60,684 nucleotides of DNA from the NCBI GenBank assembly GCA_016208905.1, contig JACQXG010000016.1, positions 1-60,684 of the forward strand, written 5' to 3'. The first letter of the stretch is position 1; each line of letters opens with the position of its first letter. This document shows, piece by piece, positions 9,166 through 19,536 of this stretch. Under the pieces are notes generated by a model. The model did no database searches and was not told the origin of the DNA. It saw nothing but the letters and a program-made list of their open reading frames with translations. The DNA comes from Nitrospirota bacterium (GTDB lineage Bacteria; Nitrospirota; Thermodesulfovibrionia; UBA6902). A program made the position numbers and the translations under genes.

Positions 9166-10554
9166 CTAAAACTTTATCGACTGCGGCGCCCGTGGGCATG
9201 GGATGACGTCGCGGATATTGCTCATCCCGGTTATGTATTGCACCATACGTTCAAACCCGAGGCCGAATCCTGCATGGGGCGCTGAGCCGTATCTTCTCAG
9301 ATCTAGATACCACTGGATGTTTTCAAGCGGAAGTCCCATGTCATTCATCCGGCCTTCAAGTAATTCCAGTCTTTCTTCGCGCTGGCTGCCGCCGATGATC
9401 TCTCCCACTTTCGGCACCAGGACATCCATGGCTGCGACGGTCTTTCCGTCTGTATTCTGCCTCATATAAAAGGCCTTTATTCCTTTGGGATAATCAACCA
9501 CAATGACAGGCCCTTTAAAAACTTTGTCTGTAAGATAGCGTTCATGCTCTGACTGTAAATCCAGTCCCCATTTAACAGGGAACTCAAATTTCTCTTTAGT
9601 CTTCTCCAGCACTTTAATCGCCTCGGTGTAGGTCATACGGACAAAAGGCTTTTCAGCCAAAGACCTGAGGTCATTAATTGAGGTGTTCTTGTAGAACTTT
9701 TCAAAAAAAGCAATTTCATCTTCGCATTTTTCCAGCGCCATGCCGCATAAGGAATGAATAAAGTCTTCAGCCAGCTGCATAACATCATTGATGTCCGCAA
9801 AGGCCATCTCCGGCTCGATCATCCAAAATTCAGACAGATGACGCGAGGTATTGGAATTTTCCGCCCTGAAAGTAGGGCCGAATGTGTAAACATCGCCCAG
9901 TGACATGGCGAGAAATTCCGCCTCTAATTGCCCGCTGACTGTAAGGTATGCGCGTTTGCCGAAGAAATCCTGGGAGAAGTCGATATCTCCGTTATTGCCG
10001 GCGGGCAGTTTTTCAAGATCAAGAGAGGTCACGGTAAACAAGTCGCCGGCCCCTTCACAGTCGCTTGCAGTAATGATAGGAGTATGCACCCAGATAAAAC
10101 CGCGACTTTGGAAAAATTCATGTACTGCATTTGAAAGAACATTGCGGACCCTGAACACGGCGCCGAAAGTATTTGTCCTCGGCCTGAGATGGCCGATCTC
10201 GCGCAGGAATTCTAATGTATGCCCTTTCTTCTGTAAAGGATATGCTTCAGAATCAGCTTCCCCGAATATTTCAAGGTCTGATACTTCTACTTCATACTTC
10301 TGTCCTTTCCCCAACGATTCTTTAAGCAAGCCTGCGGCCCTGATGGCGGCCCCTGTATTGCAGCCTGATAATTTATTGAAGGCAGATGAATCAGAAGGAA
10401 CAACAAGCTGTAAGGTGTCTTGTGTTGAACCGTCATTCAATGCTATAAAAGCTACGCCCTTTGATTCACGTTTTGATCTTACCCAGCCGCAGATTGTTAT
10501 CGTCTGACCGATATTGCCCTCTGAGAAAATATTCTTAATACGAGTTCTTTTCAT
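9166..10554 (-). CDS. asnS: asparagine--tRNA ligase
   Basis: Class IIb layout. OB-fold N-terminus (ITICGWVRSKRESKGVAFIALNDGS), motif 2 FRAENSNTSRHLSEFWMIE and motif 3 GFGLGFERMVQY. The 462-aa length is typical of AsnRS. Confidence 0.9.
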   Translation of the reverse strand: MKRTRIKNIFSEGNIGQTITICGWVRSKRESKGVAFIALNDGSTQDTLQLVVPSDSSAFNKLSGCNTGAAIRAAGLLKESLGKGQKYEVEVSDLEIFGEADSEAYPLQKKGHTLEFLREIGHLRPRTNTFGAVFRVRNVLSNAVHEFFQSRGFIWVHTPIITASDCEGAGDLFTVTSLDLEKLPAGNNGDIDFSQDFFGKRAYLTVSGQLEAEFLAMSLGDVYTFGPTFRAENSNTSRHLSEFWMIEPEMAFADINDVMQLAEDFIHSLCGMALEKCEDEIAFFEKFYKNTSINDLRSLAEKPFVRMTYTEAIKVLEKTKEKFEFPVKWGLDLQSEHERYLTDKVFKGPVIVVDYPKGIKAFYMRQNTDGKTVAAMDVLVPKVGEIIGGSQREERLELLEGRMNDMGLPLENIQWYLDLRRYGSAPHAGFGLGFERMVQYITGMSNIRDVIPCPRAPQSIKF

Positions 10555-10572
10555 AATGCACCCTCACGAAAT

Positions 10573-11517
10573 CTAAAATGCCCTCACCTGGAAGAGCAGG
10601 CCCTGATAGTCGAAGATCACTCCGCTTATGGTTATTTCCCTGACCTTTAGTCCCTTAATTACTTCTTCCCCTTCCCGTATGTTAGAACCATTTATGTTGG
10701 CAATCCGGGCCCCCGGATTATTTGAATATATATGCGCGGAAATGGAAATATTGGGAAGCTCTTTTTTTGTTTCCTCAGGCAATTGACTGAATTCAAGGAC
10801 CTGCTTATTTGATTCAGCTTTAACATTATTAACAGGCTTGTTTTTTAAGACGGGGACGTCAGTTGCAAATGATGTCTCTTCTTTTATTTTTTTACGGAGG
10901 ACTGTCAGTTCCTGCGAAGAAGTATTTAATCTGAGCGCAGTCGGACTTTCTTCGGCCATGTTTTGATTATTAACAGGGCCCTCTTCAACCTGACCGGGCC
11001 CCTTTATTTTTTCTTCAGGCGTCGTCGGGGGATTTTCACCTTTTTGACTGTGTGTATCAATCTTTGTTTTCGAAGCAATTGTAACCGGACCCTTAGAGGT
11101 TTTTTTTGCTGTTTTTTTATCAGGAAGAGCAGGCCCCTCTTTGATTTGAGAAGACGCGGATGCCTGCATTTTGCCTTTGACACCTGTCTGATTTGATATT
11201 TCAGTTAGTGTCTGTGTTCTATGTTCTGTATTCTGTGATCCTCTACCAGTTATCTGCTTTGATATCTCAGGGATTCTTGTTTGCTGTGTTTCAACAGTCG
11301 CCGGAGCGGCAGGCTTTTGATCTTTAGCTTCCCAGGGGCGGAACACGGCTGCCAATATACCCGCATTTAATATTAATGCCCCCATGACAAAATAGGGCCA
11401 GATCCTGTGTTTTTCAGGCCGTTGGCGTTCAGCTGCATGAACAGTCATCAGGTCAGGGACCGTGCCTTGCTGACGTTTTTGTTCCAGTTTTTTAAGGGCA
11501 TCAAGTATAAATGACAT
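10573..11517 (-). CDS. GspB/ExeB-like protein
   Basis: N-terminus MSFILDALKKLEQKRQ, one TM helix, a low-complexity linker and a C-terminal NGSNIREGEEVIKGLKVREI motif. It sits immediately downstream of the ExeA-like ATPase gene. Confidence 0.55.
   Translation of the reverse strand: MSFILDALKKLEQKRQQGTVPDLMTVHAAERQRPEKHRIWPYFVMGALILNAGILAAVFRPWEAKDQKPAAPATVETQQTRIPEISKQITGRGSQNTEHRTQTLTEISNQTGVKGKMQASASSQIKEGPALPDKKTAKKTSKGPVTIASKTKIDTHSQKGENPPTTPEEKIKGPGQVEEGPVNNQNMAEESPTALRLNTSSQELTVLRKKIKEETSFATDVPVLKNKPVNNVKAESNKQVLEFSQLPEETKKELPNISISAHIYSNNPGARIANINGSNIREGEEVIKGLKVREITISGVIFDYQGLLFQVRAF
11211..11238 (-). repeat. heptanucleotide tandem tract (sense strand: TCACAGA ATACAGA ACATAGA ACACAGA) inside a CDS
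   Basis: The plus strand reads TCTGTGT TCTATGT TCTGTAT TCTGTGA. It is in frame and encodes the low-complexity segment SQNTEHRTQ. Confidence 0.8.
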
Positions 11518-11519
11518 TT

Positions 11520-13037
11520 CTAACGGTCCTTTTGCATTTCAACTAATGACGGCTTATCACTGCTGTCGGCAGCGTCAAGATGGATCATTGTTTGAGTTCC
11601 TGCTTTTCCGTCAGGTACAAGGCCTTTAGCGAGCTGGAATATTTTCACCCGCTTTACAAGCTCATCGTCATACTGCAGATTTTCGCGGGGTAAATTTGGT
11701 CCCCCCTCAAATAGTGTGAGCTGCTTATCAAGCCATTGAACTACCGGGCCCTGTACACCCGGCTTGATAACATCTTTAGAATCAGCCGGAGGACGCCATA
11801 ATAGGATATACTCTCCGGGCCAGAATGACTCGACATCTTTAAGAGAAACTTCTCTCGTTTCAGCGCCGACTATTATTTTTGCTGAATCTCCCTTCATTGC
11901 AGTTAATGCAGCATAATACTGATTTCCCTCACTGTCGGAAAGCTTGAGCACTGCGGGTCTGTTTATGTTTCGGAGACGGTTTAAACTACCGAGGCTTTCA
12001 TAACATTTCAGTCCGCCGGCTTCGGCCTGGTCACAGGCGGGGACATTGTTCGCCGGCTGATAAGGTATGCCTACTTTTTCGTAACCTGTTGTCACTTGTG
12101 ATTTCTCTTTATAATGTGATTTCTCTTTATAATAAGTTGCCGCCAGGACGACTCCGACTGCGATAATGATAAGAGAAGAAAATACCCATGCAGCCGCTTT
12201 TCTATATTGTCCGGGTCTCCGGGATTTTAATTCCCCGAATACCTCGCGCGCCGCTTTTTTCAACGTTGATGTATTGACAAACTTTTTATTCAGGGTGTAC
12301 GTGCCGAGAAGGGCCCTGTCACATAGTACATTGATTAACCTCGGCACCCCTCCACTCAGGCGGTAAAGCTTATTGATAGTCGCACCGGGGAACAATTGAT
12401 CTTGCAGTCCCGCAACAGACAGGCGATGTGACACATAAGAGCCGACATCTTTCCTGGAAAGAACTCCTAAATGATAACGGGCAATGATCCGCTGGGAGAG
12501 CTGCCGCAAATCGGGTTTCGACAATTTGTCCCTGAGCTCAGGCTGTCCGATCAGGATTATCTGAAGCAGCTTTCTCTGATTTGTTTCAAGATTAGTCAGC
12601 AGTCTCAGCTGCTCAAGGACTTCTGAGCTGAGATTTTGCGCTTCGTCGATAAGGAGCACGGTCTTACGGCCGGTTGCATGGGTCTCAAGCAAACAGACAT
12701 TAATCAAATCTACAAAAACTTTTATGCTGGAATTGTCTTTTGGGTACTTGATCCCCAGTTCATCACAGACAGTTGCCAGAAGCTCCGGTACAGTAAGTTT
12801 TGGATTAAGAATATAAGCAATGGACGTATTATCATGAGTTTGCTCCAGCAGGCAGCGGCAGACGGTGGTTTTGCCTGTCCCTACTTCACCTGTGAGCAAT
12901 ACAAAGCCTCCGTCGCTGTTAAAACCATATACCAGATGCGCCAATGCCTCCCGGTGCTCTTTGCTCATGTAGAGGTAACGGGGATCCGGGGCAATGGAGA
13001 AAGGCGGTTCTTTTAAGCCAAAGTATTCGTTGTACAT
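11520..13037 (-). CDS. ExeA/GspA-like AAA ATPase with C-terminal peptidoglycan-binding domain
   Basis: N-terminus YFGLKEPPFSIAPDPRYLY, Walker A GEVGTGKT, Walker B VLLIDEAQ, one TM helix and a PG-binding-like motif FQLAKGLVPDGKAGTQT. Confidence 0.8.
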   Translation of the reverse strand: MYNEYFGLKEPPFSIAPDPRYLYMSKEHREALAHLVYGFNSDGGFVLLTGEVGTGKTTVCRCLLEQTHDNTSIAYILNPKLTVPELLATVCDELGIKYPKDNSSIKVFVDLINVCLLETHATGRKTVLLIDEAQNLSSEVLEQLRLLTNLETNQRKLLQIILIGQPELRDKLSKPDLRQLSQRIIARYHLGVLSRKDVGSYVSHRLSVAGLQDQLFPGATINKLYRLSGGVPRLINVLCDRALLGTYTLNKKFVNTSTLKKAAREVFGELKSRRPGQYRKAAAWVFSSLIIIAVGVVLAATYYKEKSHYKEKSQVTTGYEKVGIPYQPANNVPACDQAEAGGLKCYESLGSLNRLRNINRPAVLKLSDSEGNQYYAALTAMKGDSAKIIVGAETREVSLKDVESFWPGEYILLWRPPADSKDVIKPGVQGPVVQWLDKQLTLFEGGPNLPRENLQYDDELVKRVKIFQLAKGLVPDGKAGTQTMIHLDAADSSDKPSLVEMQKDR

Positions 13038-13149
13038 AAGTTAGTTATACAGGTGTCAGATGTTCAATTAAAGAGTAATACATGGATCAGGGAAAAAACA
13101 ACCACGATGTATTATAAGGTCAAAGAAGTATTGTGAAGCTAATCTTGAT

Positions 13150-13383
13150 TCAATGGCTGTTATTTTTCTTGGCCATGCGCATCTGTTTATATCTCCGGCG
13201 CGCTTCGGGGGATATGGTCACCCTGTCTTCAATGTTCCATCTCTGAAGGTCTTCGTAGGGGCTGGTTCTTGCTTTTATATGTGAAACCCGGTTCTCTGCT
13301 TGTACAGGCTCTGCTTCATCTGTTGCAATTTCGGGATGGATGACAGCAGGTACCCGCGGCCCGCTTATTTCATCTATATCCAT
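13150..13383 (-). CDS. small hypothetical protein (78 aa from the internal ATG with an AAGGAGAG SD; the ORF track extends to 13437)
   Basis: Only ORF in this spacer. Good SD before the ATG at 13383. No recognisable domain. Confidence 0.35.
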   Translation of the reverse strand: MDIDEISGPRVPAVIHPEIATDEAEPVQAENRVSHIKARTSPYEDLQRWNIEDRVTISPEARRRYKQMRMAKKNNSH

Positions 13384-13534
13384 TTTCTCTCCTTTTGTAA
13401 GATTCACTATTTTAAAATACTTTCTCATAAATGTCACATAAAAAATGTCGCATTCTGACAGTCATGAAGATAAGGCGTGCAAGAGAGCGGAATATCCTGC
13501 GCCAACTATCAGTATTCGAATAGAATTTGTTCAC

Positions 13535-13562
13535 TCAAGTACCCCCCTGCAGCTTCCGATAA
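13535..13562 (+). promoter_or_regulatory. weak sigma-28 (FliA)-like promoter candidate
   Basis: TCAAGTAC-N12-TCCGATAA compared with consensus TAAAGTTT-N11-GCCGATAA. It lies ~50 nt upstream of the HD-GYP gene. Confidence 0.3.
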
Positions 13563-13614
13563 GATAAATAAAATATCAGGATCAAAGCGGGAGTAAACCT
13601 CCGGATAATTAATC

Positions 13615-14859
13615 ATGGTAAAAAAAATAAAAGTTGATCAATTAAAGCCGGGCATGTATGTGCATGATCTGAATTGCAGCTGGCTGGACCATCCTTTTTT
13701 TGGAAGCAGTTTAAAGGTAAAAGACAATAATGTTATTGAAAAAATCATCAAGTTCGGTATCCGTGAGCTTTATATTGACACGGACAAGGGACGAGATGTT
13801 GAAGGCGTGCCATCGAAAGAAGAAGCCGATAAGGAAGAAAAAGTAAAACTCAAAAAACATGACCGGCATGAAGAACATGATGAGACGGATGAAATTCATT
13901 TTGAGAAAGTCAAACCTGCCCCGGTAGAAATAGAAATCATCAAAGCGAAAATGATAAAAAAAGAGTCAATGCTGACAGTACAGAAAGTAATGAGTGATAT
14001 TAAGTCAGGTAATCAAATTCAAAAAGAATCTGTGGCGCATACTGTTGATGATATTCTTGCTTCGATACTTAGGAATAAAAATGCCCTTACAGGACTTGGA
14101 AGACTCAGGAAGGCCGATGAATATTTATATAGCCATTCGATAAATGTATGCACTCTGATGGTTGCATTTGGCAAATACCTGGGTTTTGATTCTCAGCTGC
14201 TGAGAGAAGTCGGGGTCGGTGCGCTGCTGCATGATATCGGAGCAATAAATGTTCCGACAGATATCTTAACAAAGGAAGGGGAATTGTCTGCGGAAGAATT
14301 CAATATAATCAAAGGCCATGTACAGTATGGGCGGAGCATACTTGAAAAAACAGAGGGCATTACCGAAACTTCAATTATAACGGCTTATCAGCATCATGAA
14401 AGAGCGGATGGGTCAGGGTACCCTAATGGCTTAAAGGGGGATAAAATTTCTTATACCGGGCAGGCCATTGCTATTATTGACGTATATGATGCATTGACAA
14501 CCAAAAGATGTTATAGACGCAAGATTGCGCCAACTCAGGCGCTCCGGATGATCTATGAATGGAGCGATACTCAATTCAATAAAGAGCTGGTCCAGAAATT
14601 TATCCGTTGTATGGGTATTTATCCTGTAGGTTCGCTGGTATGTCTGGAAAGCGGCTTGATCGGTGTTGTTACAAGTCACAGTGAAGATAATATGCTGCAG
14701 CCGGTTATACGCGTTATTTACAATAAAACGAACAAAAGATATATTTCAGTGCCCTATGATATTGATCTCTCTAAGCCAGGAAAAAAGGGAGAAGGAGAAC
14801 GGATCACTGGATATGAATTTCAGGAAGATTTGAATATCCAGCCGGAGATGTATTTATAA
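13615..14859 (+). CDS. HD-GYP domain c-di-GMP phosphodiesterase
   Basis: HD motif LLHDIG and the HHERADGSGYP motif are present. The N-terminal domain is uncharacterised. Confidence 0.85.
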   Translation: MVKKIKVDQLKPGMYVHDLNCSWLDHPFFGSSLKVKDNNVIEKIIKFGIRELYIDTDKGRDVEGVPSKEEADKEEKVKLKKHDRHEEHDETDEIHFEKVKPAPVEIEIIKAKMIKKESMLTVQKVMSDIKSGNQIQKESVAHTVDDILASILRNKNALTGLGRLRKADEYLYSHSINVCTLMVAFGKYLGFDSQLLREVGVGALLHDIGAINVPTDILTKEGELSAEEFNIIKGHVQYGRSILEKTEGITETSIITAYQHHERADGSGYPNGLKGDKISYTGQAIAIIDVYDALTTKRCYRRKIAPTQALRMIYEWSDTQFNKELVQKFIRCMGIYPVGSLVCLESGLIGVVTSHSEDNMLQPVIRVIYNKTNKRYISVPYDIDLSKPGKKGEGERITGYEFQEDLNIQPEMYL

Positions 14860-15020
14860 CTGAATATCAGTTAAGAAGTTTTGATGGAAAGCCGGTGGAG
14901 GGCGAATTTAAGAAGTCATTTCGATACACTAAGAGCAGTCTTGAACCTGCAGAACTGATATTTGATCAGCGGTATATAAAGGATAATGACTGGCAATATA
15001 TAATTTAATGCCCTATCGAA

Positions 15021-15764
15021 TTATGAATTATTAAATTTGACCTTCACTGGCTTGGATGCAACCATTGGAAAAGAGTTCTGGTCTTCCAGTTTCCATTTCC
15101 CTTTTTTTGTACTTTTCAGCAAAGCTGATTTCAGCAGCTCCAAAAAATCGGTTCGAGGTATTTCCTTGGCTCCGAGGCTGATAAGATGCGGGGTCGTGAG
15201 TTGGCAGTCAATCAATGAGAATTTCCATGTCATGAGCTGTTGTACAAGTGATATAAAAGCGACTTTTGATGCATTGCTTTTTTTTGTAAACATGGATTCT
15301 CCAAAAAATGCAGACCCTAACGATACCCCGTAGAGTCCGCCAACGAGTTTTTTATCAAACCAAGCTTCGGCGGAGTGAGCAAAACCCGATTTATAGAGAC
15401 GAATGTATGCTTCTATCATGTCATCAGTAATCCATGTGCCGCCGTCATCTTTCCGATGAACTGAAGCGCAATTTATTATGACCTCTTCAAACGCAGTATC
15501 CAGGGTGATATTGAAAATCTTTTTTTTGATCGTCTGTTTCAAGCTCTTGGATGCTTTCAATTCACCTGGAAATAAAACAAGCCGCGGGTCAGGAGACCAC
15601 CACAGGATGGGATCGTCTTCAGAGTACCATGGAAAGATCCCCATTGAGTATGCAAGAAGCAAACGTGATTCGCTGAGGTCCCCTTCCACCGCAAGAAGAC
15701 CGTTGTCTTCTGCAAGCTCAGGAGGAGGGAAGATGTGTTCGTCCGGGAGTCTGAAGATCGTCAC
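15021..15764 (-). CDS. aat: leucyl/phenylalanyl-tRNA--protein transferase
   Basis: FPPPELAEDNGLLAVEGDLSESRLLLAYSMGIFPW and WWSPDPR are typical Aat motifs. The gene overlaps the clpA stop. Confidence 0.85.
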   Translation of the reverse strand: MTIFRLPDEHIFPPPELAEDNGLLAVEGDLSESRLLLAYSMGIFPWYSEDDPILWWSPDPRLVLFPGELKASKSLKQTIKKKIFNITLDTAFEEVIINCASVHRKDDGGTWITDDMIEAYIRLYKSGFAHSAEAWFDKKLVGGLYGVSLGSAFFGESMFTKKSNASKVAFISLVQQLMTWKFSLIDCQLTTPHLISLGAKEIPRTDFLELLKSALLKSTKKGKWKLEDQNSFPMVASKPVKVKFNNS

Positions 15765-18010
15765 GAATAATTAAAGGTCAGCTTGTCTTTATCCAGATCA
15801 ATAGCGACTTTTCCGCCTTTGAAGAGTTTACCGAACAGCACTTCTTCTGATAAAACATCCTTAATCTCGGTCTGGATAAGTCTTCCTAATGGCCTTGCTC
15901 CGAATTGAGGATCGTAGCCGTGCCCGGCAAGCCAGTTTCTTGCTTTGTCTGAAAGAGCAATAAGCACTTTCTTCTGGCTTACTTGCTGCTGCAGTTCATT
16001 TATGAATTTGTCGACCACCTTCTTCATTATTTCCGGTGTCAGTGAATTAAACGTGATAGTAGAGTCAAGCCTGTTTCTGAATTCAGCGCTGAAGAGCCTG
16101 TTAATGGCGTCCTTGCCTTTTGAACGGGTGTCCCTGCTTCTGTCCCCGAAGCCGATAGTGTCTTTACTCATTTCATTAGTTCCGGCATTTGAGGTCATGA
16201 TGAGAATTACATTCCGGAAGTCTGCCTTTTTCCCGTTATTGTCAGTCAATGTAGCATAATCCATTACCTGAAGCAGGATGCTGAAAATATCCGGATGGGC
16301 CTTTTCGATCTCATCCATCAGAAGAACGCTGTAAGGATATTTTCGTATGGCATCGGTCAGAAGTCCTCCCTGATCAAAGCCCACATAACCCGGAGGTGCC
16401 CCGATTAACCGGGCCACCGTATGCTTTTCCATATATTCGCTCATATCGAATCTTGTAAACTGGATACCGAGAACAGAGGCAATTGTTTTTGATACCTCAG
16501 TCTTTCCGACGCCTGTCGGACCAGAGAACAAAAATGATCCTATGGGTTTCTCAGGTGATCCAAGCCCTGCACGCGTTCTCTTGATTGAAGAGGCGAGGGA
16601 ATGGATGGCCTCTTCCTGTCCGAAAACCGTCTTTTTCAATTCGTCTTCGAGCTTTTTCAGTTTGTCCATGTCCGATGTTGAGACATTACGCTTTGGTATC
16701 TTTGCAATCTTTGAGACAACCGATTCAACTTCAGACTGCCCCACTGTCTTTTTGTGTTCATAAGCAGGTGAAAGCTTGAGCAGGGCCCCGGCTTCATCTA
16801 TAACGTCAATTGCCTTGTCCGGGAGATATTTATCATTTATGTATTTTGCTGAAAGATCGGCGGCGGCCCTTAGCGCCGTGTCCGTATATTTCACCCCATG
16901 GTGTTCTTCGTAATAGGACTTTAAACCTTTGAGTATCTGAAATGTTTCTTTTGCATCGGGCTCATATATCTCAATTTTCTGGAAACGCCTTGAAAGGGCC
17001 CTGTCTTTTTCAAAATGATTCTTGTATTCCTCATAAGTGCTTGCGCCGATACAGCGCAGCTTCCCGGTATTTAATACGGGCTTAAGAATGTTTGAAGCAT
17101 CCATGGAACCGCCGCTTGTTGCGCCTGCCCCTACGACTGTATGTATCTCATCAATGAAAAGGATTGCATTGGGCATGGATTCGAGTTTTTTTACGGTAGA
17201 TTTCAGACGCGCTTCAAAGTCGCCCCTGTATTTTGTTCCGGCAAGCAGTCCACCCATATCAAGTAAGTAAATTCGTGCACTTTTAAGGAGATCAGGAACT
17301 TCACCTTTATGAATATTTAAAGCGAGACCTTCGACGATTGCGGTCTTGCCTACTCCAGGTTCGCCTATAAGCACGGCATTATTTTTTCTGCGCCTGCAAA
17401 GTATTTGAATGATTCTTTTAAGCTCTTTTTCACGGCCTACGAGGGGATCAATTCCTCCGTCAGCTGCTTTTTGCACCAGTTCGATTGTAAATTGTGTTAA
17501 GGGGTCCTTCTTGAAAGTCTGTTTTTTTACGGGTATATTTTCTCTCTCAAGAGGAATATCTCCCAAAGGTCCATCTGCTGTCTTTGATATCCCATGAGAG
17601 ATAAAATTCAGCACATCAAGACGTGTTACACCTTCCAGTAAAAGAAAATGGACGGCATGGGACTCTTTTTCCAGAAAGATGGCTGACAAAATGTCGCCTG
17701 CATCAGCCTCCGGTTTTTCAGATGCTCTGACATGATTTAATGCTGTCTGGAAAACACGTCTGAATGCAATTGTGGGCTCTGGATAGCCTTCTGAATCCTT
17801 TGGAAACTTTGAAACTTTTTTATTAAAAAAATCTTCCAGTTCTGACTTGAGCTTTTCAACATCAGCGCCGCAGTTTGTAATAATATCAATGCCCCATTCA
17901 TCATGGAGGATGGCGAACAGAATATGCTCTACAGTAAGATATTCATGACGCCGAGCCTCCGCGTCCCGAACAGTGGCCTCTATAGTTATTTCAAGTTCTT
18001 TGTTGATCAT
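15761..18010 (-). CDS. clpA: ATP-dependent Clp protease ATP-binding subunit ClpA
   Basis: Clp N-domain and two AAA+ modules ([16 protein letters not shown]). The ATG at 18010 overlaps the clpS stop (ATGA); the ORF track starts 18 nt upstream. Confidence 0.95.
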   Translation of the reverse strand: MINKELEITIEATVRDAEARRHEYLTVEHILFAILHDEWGIDIITNCGADVEKLKSELEDFFNKKVSKFPKDSEGYPEPTIAFRRVFQTALNHVRASEKPEADAGDILSAIFLEKESHAVHFLLLEGVTRLDVLNFISHGISKTADGPLGDIPLERENIPVKKQTFKKDPLTQFTIELVQKAADGGIDPLVGREKELKRIIQILCRRRKNNAVLIGEPGVGKTAIVEGLALNIHKGEVPDLLKSARIYLLDMGGLLAGTKYRGDFEARLKSTVKKLESMPNAILFIDEIHTVVGAGATSGGSMDASNILKPVLNTGKLRCIGASTYEEYKNHFEKDRALSRRFQKIEIYEPDAKETFQILKGLKSYYEEHHGVKYTDTALRAAADLSAKYINDKYLPDKAIDVIDEAGALLKLSPAYEHKKTVGQSEVESVVSKIAKIPKRNVSTSDMDKLKKLEDELKKTVFGQEEAIHSLASSIKRTRAGLGSPEKPIGSFLFSGPTGVGKTEVSKTIASVLGIQFTRFDMSEYMEKHTVARLIGAPPGYVGFDQGGLLTDAIRKYPYSVLLMDEIEKAHPDIFSILLQVMDYATLTDNNGKKADFRNVILIMTSNAGTNEMSKDTIGFGDRSRDTRSKGKDAINRLFSAEFRNRLDSTITFNSLTPEIMKKVVDKFINELQQQVSQKKVLIALSDKARNWLAGHGYDPQFGARPLGRLIQTEIKDVLSEEVLFGKLFKGGKVAIDLDKDKLTFNYS

Positions 18011-18324
18011 TCCTTCTCCATTGTGCACTGAAGCGGAAAACCGCTTTGCTGTCCGATCTTATGAACAGCGGCTATTTTGGTCTCCGCTATTTCATGTGTA
18101 TATATGCCTGCAAGTCCCTTTCCGTTTTTGTGGACGTGAAGCATTATTCGCGTGGCTTCTACATGAGTTTTGTGAAATATTTTTTCGAGAACATGAACAA
18201 CAAATTCCATAGTTGTATAATCGTCATTCAAAAGGAATACCTTATATAAGGGCGGAGATTTTACTTCCTGATGGTCTCTAACATCTAGTGCTTCGTCTAA
18301 TCCAATTCCGTATTTATCTTTCAT
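18007..18324 (-). CDS. clpS: Clp protease adaptor ClpS
   Basis: 105 aa. PPLYKVFLLNDDYTTMEFVVHVL is the canonical ClpS core. Confidence 0.9.
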   Translation of the reverse strand: MKDKYGIGLDEALDVRDHQEVKSPPLYKVFLLNDDYTTMEFVVHVLEKIFHKTHVEATRIMLHVHKNGKGLAGIYTHEIAETKIAAVHKIGQQSGFPLQCTMEKE

Positions 18325-18603
18325 GCTGAAACCTCATAATTATTCTAACGCGAAAAAAATTTAAAGGGAAGCATTGCTGAACTTTGTTCCAATGACTGCA
18401 AAGAGTGTCAGTGATTAGTGACAGACTCAGGAAATAAATTAACTGACACTATGCGATTACACTGACACTGACACTAATTTTTTAAATTCGTCCTCCACTG
18501 GCTTTTTATCGAAACATCTTTAAATAATGTTCAAGATATTTGATGATCAATAACTTATATGAAGAATTTCTGTGTGAAACTACGGAATTGCGGACATGTA
18601 GAA

Positions 18604-19536
18604 CTAAAGATGATTTTTAAGAATATTTCTTATCTCTTCAATGTCTTTTCTCATCTGTGTTCCGAGTTCTTCCACGCTTGAAAATTTCATTTCATCTCTA
18701 ACTCGTTTAATAAAATATACCCTCAAAGTTTTACCCAAAAGCTGGCCGTCAAAATCAAGGACATGAGTCTCGAAACTGAATTTTTTATCTTCGAATGTCG
18801 GGTTATGACCTATGTTGGTGGCCCCGCCGTATAATTTTCCGTCCACATCAACAGTTACAGCATAAACACCATCTTTTGGAAGAAGTTCATTTGCAGTAAG
18901 CAGATTTGCAGTTGGGGTATTAAGAAGGCTCTTACCTCGTTTTGCCCCTTCAACTACTATACCTGCAACAGAATATGGCCTACCCAGGAATTTAGCTGCC
19001 TCGCCAACCTTGCCTTTTGCAATTAGCGTACGAATTTTGGAACTGCTTAGTGTTGAGTTGTTTAACATTATTTCATCTATTACTGTCACGCTAAAGCCGC
19101 ATTCTTTACTGAGTTTTTTTAACAGATCAGGAGAACCTTTTCTTCCCTTGCCAAATAAATAATTTGGGCCGATGAATATTTCTTTTACCCCCAGAGTTTT
19201 GTAAAGAATTTCCTTAACGAAGTCTTCAGCGCTTATGTTAGCAAACTCTTTAGTGAAATTTGCACATATAATAACGTCTATTCCGGATTCTTCTATGAGT
19301 TTTAGTTTGTCCTTGTAAGTAGAAAGCAATTTGGGAGCTCGTTCCGGCGCAATCACACTTAGCGGGTGAGGCACAAATGTGTATACTACGGAGGTTCCCT
19401 TCTTTTCCCGGGCCCTTTCATTTAACATACGGAAGATGGCTTGATGACCAAGATGTACCCCGTCAAAATTACCGAGTGTCAATATGGGGTAGGGCAATTT
19501 CTTTTTTATATTCTCTATTCCGTCAATTATCTTCAT
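18604..19536 (-). CDS. ribF: bifunctional riboflavin kinase / FMN adenylyltransferase
   Basis: GNFDGVHLGHQ nucleotidyltransferase motif plus a C-terminal riboflavin kinase domain (PTANL, ETHVLDF). Confidence 0.9.
   Translation of the reverse strand: MKIIDGIENIKKKLPYPILTLGNFDGVHLGHQAIFRMLNERAREKKGTSVVYTFVPHPLSVIAPERAPKLLSTYKDKLKLIEESGIDVIICANFTKEFANISAEDFVKEILYKTLGVKEIFIGPNYLFGKGRKGSPDLLKKLSKECGFSVTVIDEIMLNNSTLSSSKIRTLIAKGKVGEAAKFLGRPYSVAGIVVEGAKRGKSLLNTPTANLLTANELLPKDGVYAVTVDVDGKLYGGATNIGHNPTFEDKKFSFETHVLDFDGQLLGKTLRVYFIKRVRDEMKFSSVEELGTQMRKDIEEIRNILKNHL

Noticed and set aside
9905-10507. 200-aa plus-strand ORF antisense to asnS. Similar antisense ORFs occur at 48165-48773, 31987-32514, 37511-37972, 12636-13016 and 27555-27992.
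   Set aside because: Each is fully nested in a strongly supported conserved gene on the other strand and has Ser/Pro/Leu/Phe-rich low-complexity composition. These are typical shadow ORFs.
13150-13383. Small ORF as the anti-sigma-28 factor FlgM
   Set aside because: Only a short DRVTISPEA motif resembles the FlgM core. The protein ends ~15 residues later and lacks the C-terminal sigma-28-binding helices. It is placed upstream of exeA rather than near flagellar genes.
14817-15008. 64-codon stop-free frame spanning the HD-GYP / aat spacer (…GDVFITEYQLRSFDGKPVEGEFKKSFRYTKSSLEPAELIFDQRYIKDNDWQYII)
   Set aside because: There is no ATG, GTG or TTG with an SD. It overlaps the HD-GYP 3' end in another frame. 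A stop-free run of this length is not improbable in a 60-kb six-frame scan. It could be a gene remnant or frameshifted C-terminus, but I cannot support that from sequence alone.
18380-18480. TGTCAGTGATTAGTGACA and (CACTGA)n / CTGACAC repeats upstream of clpS as a NifA/EBP-type UAS
   Set aside because: The dyad spacing is TGT-N12-ACA, not N10, and no sigma-54 promoter is visible toward clpS. More likely it is another member of the short tandem hexamer/heptamer tracts.
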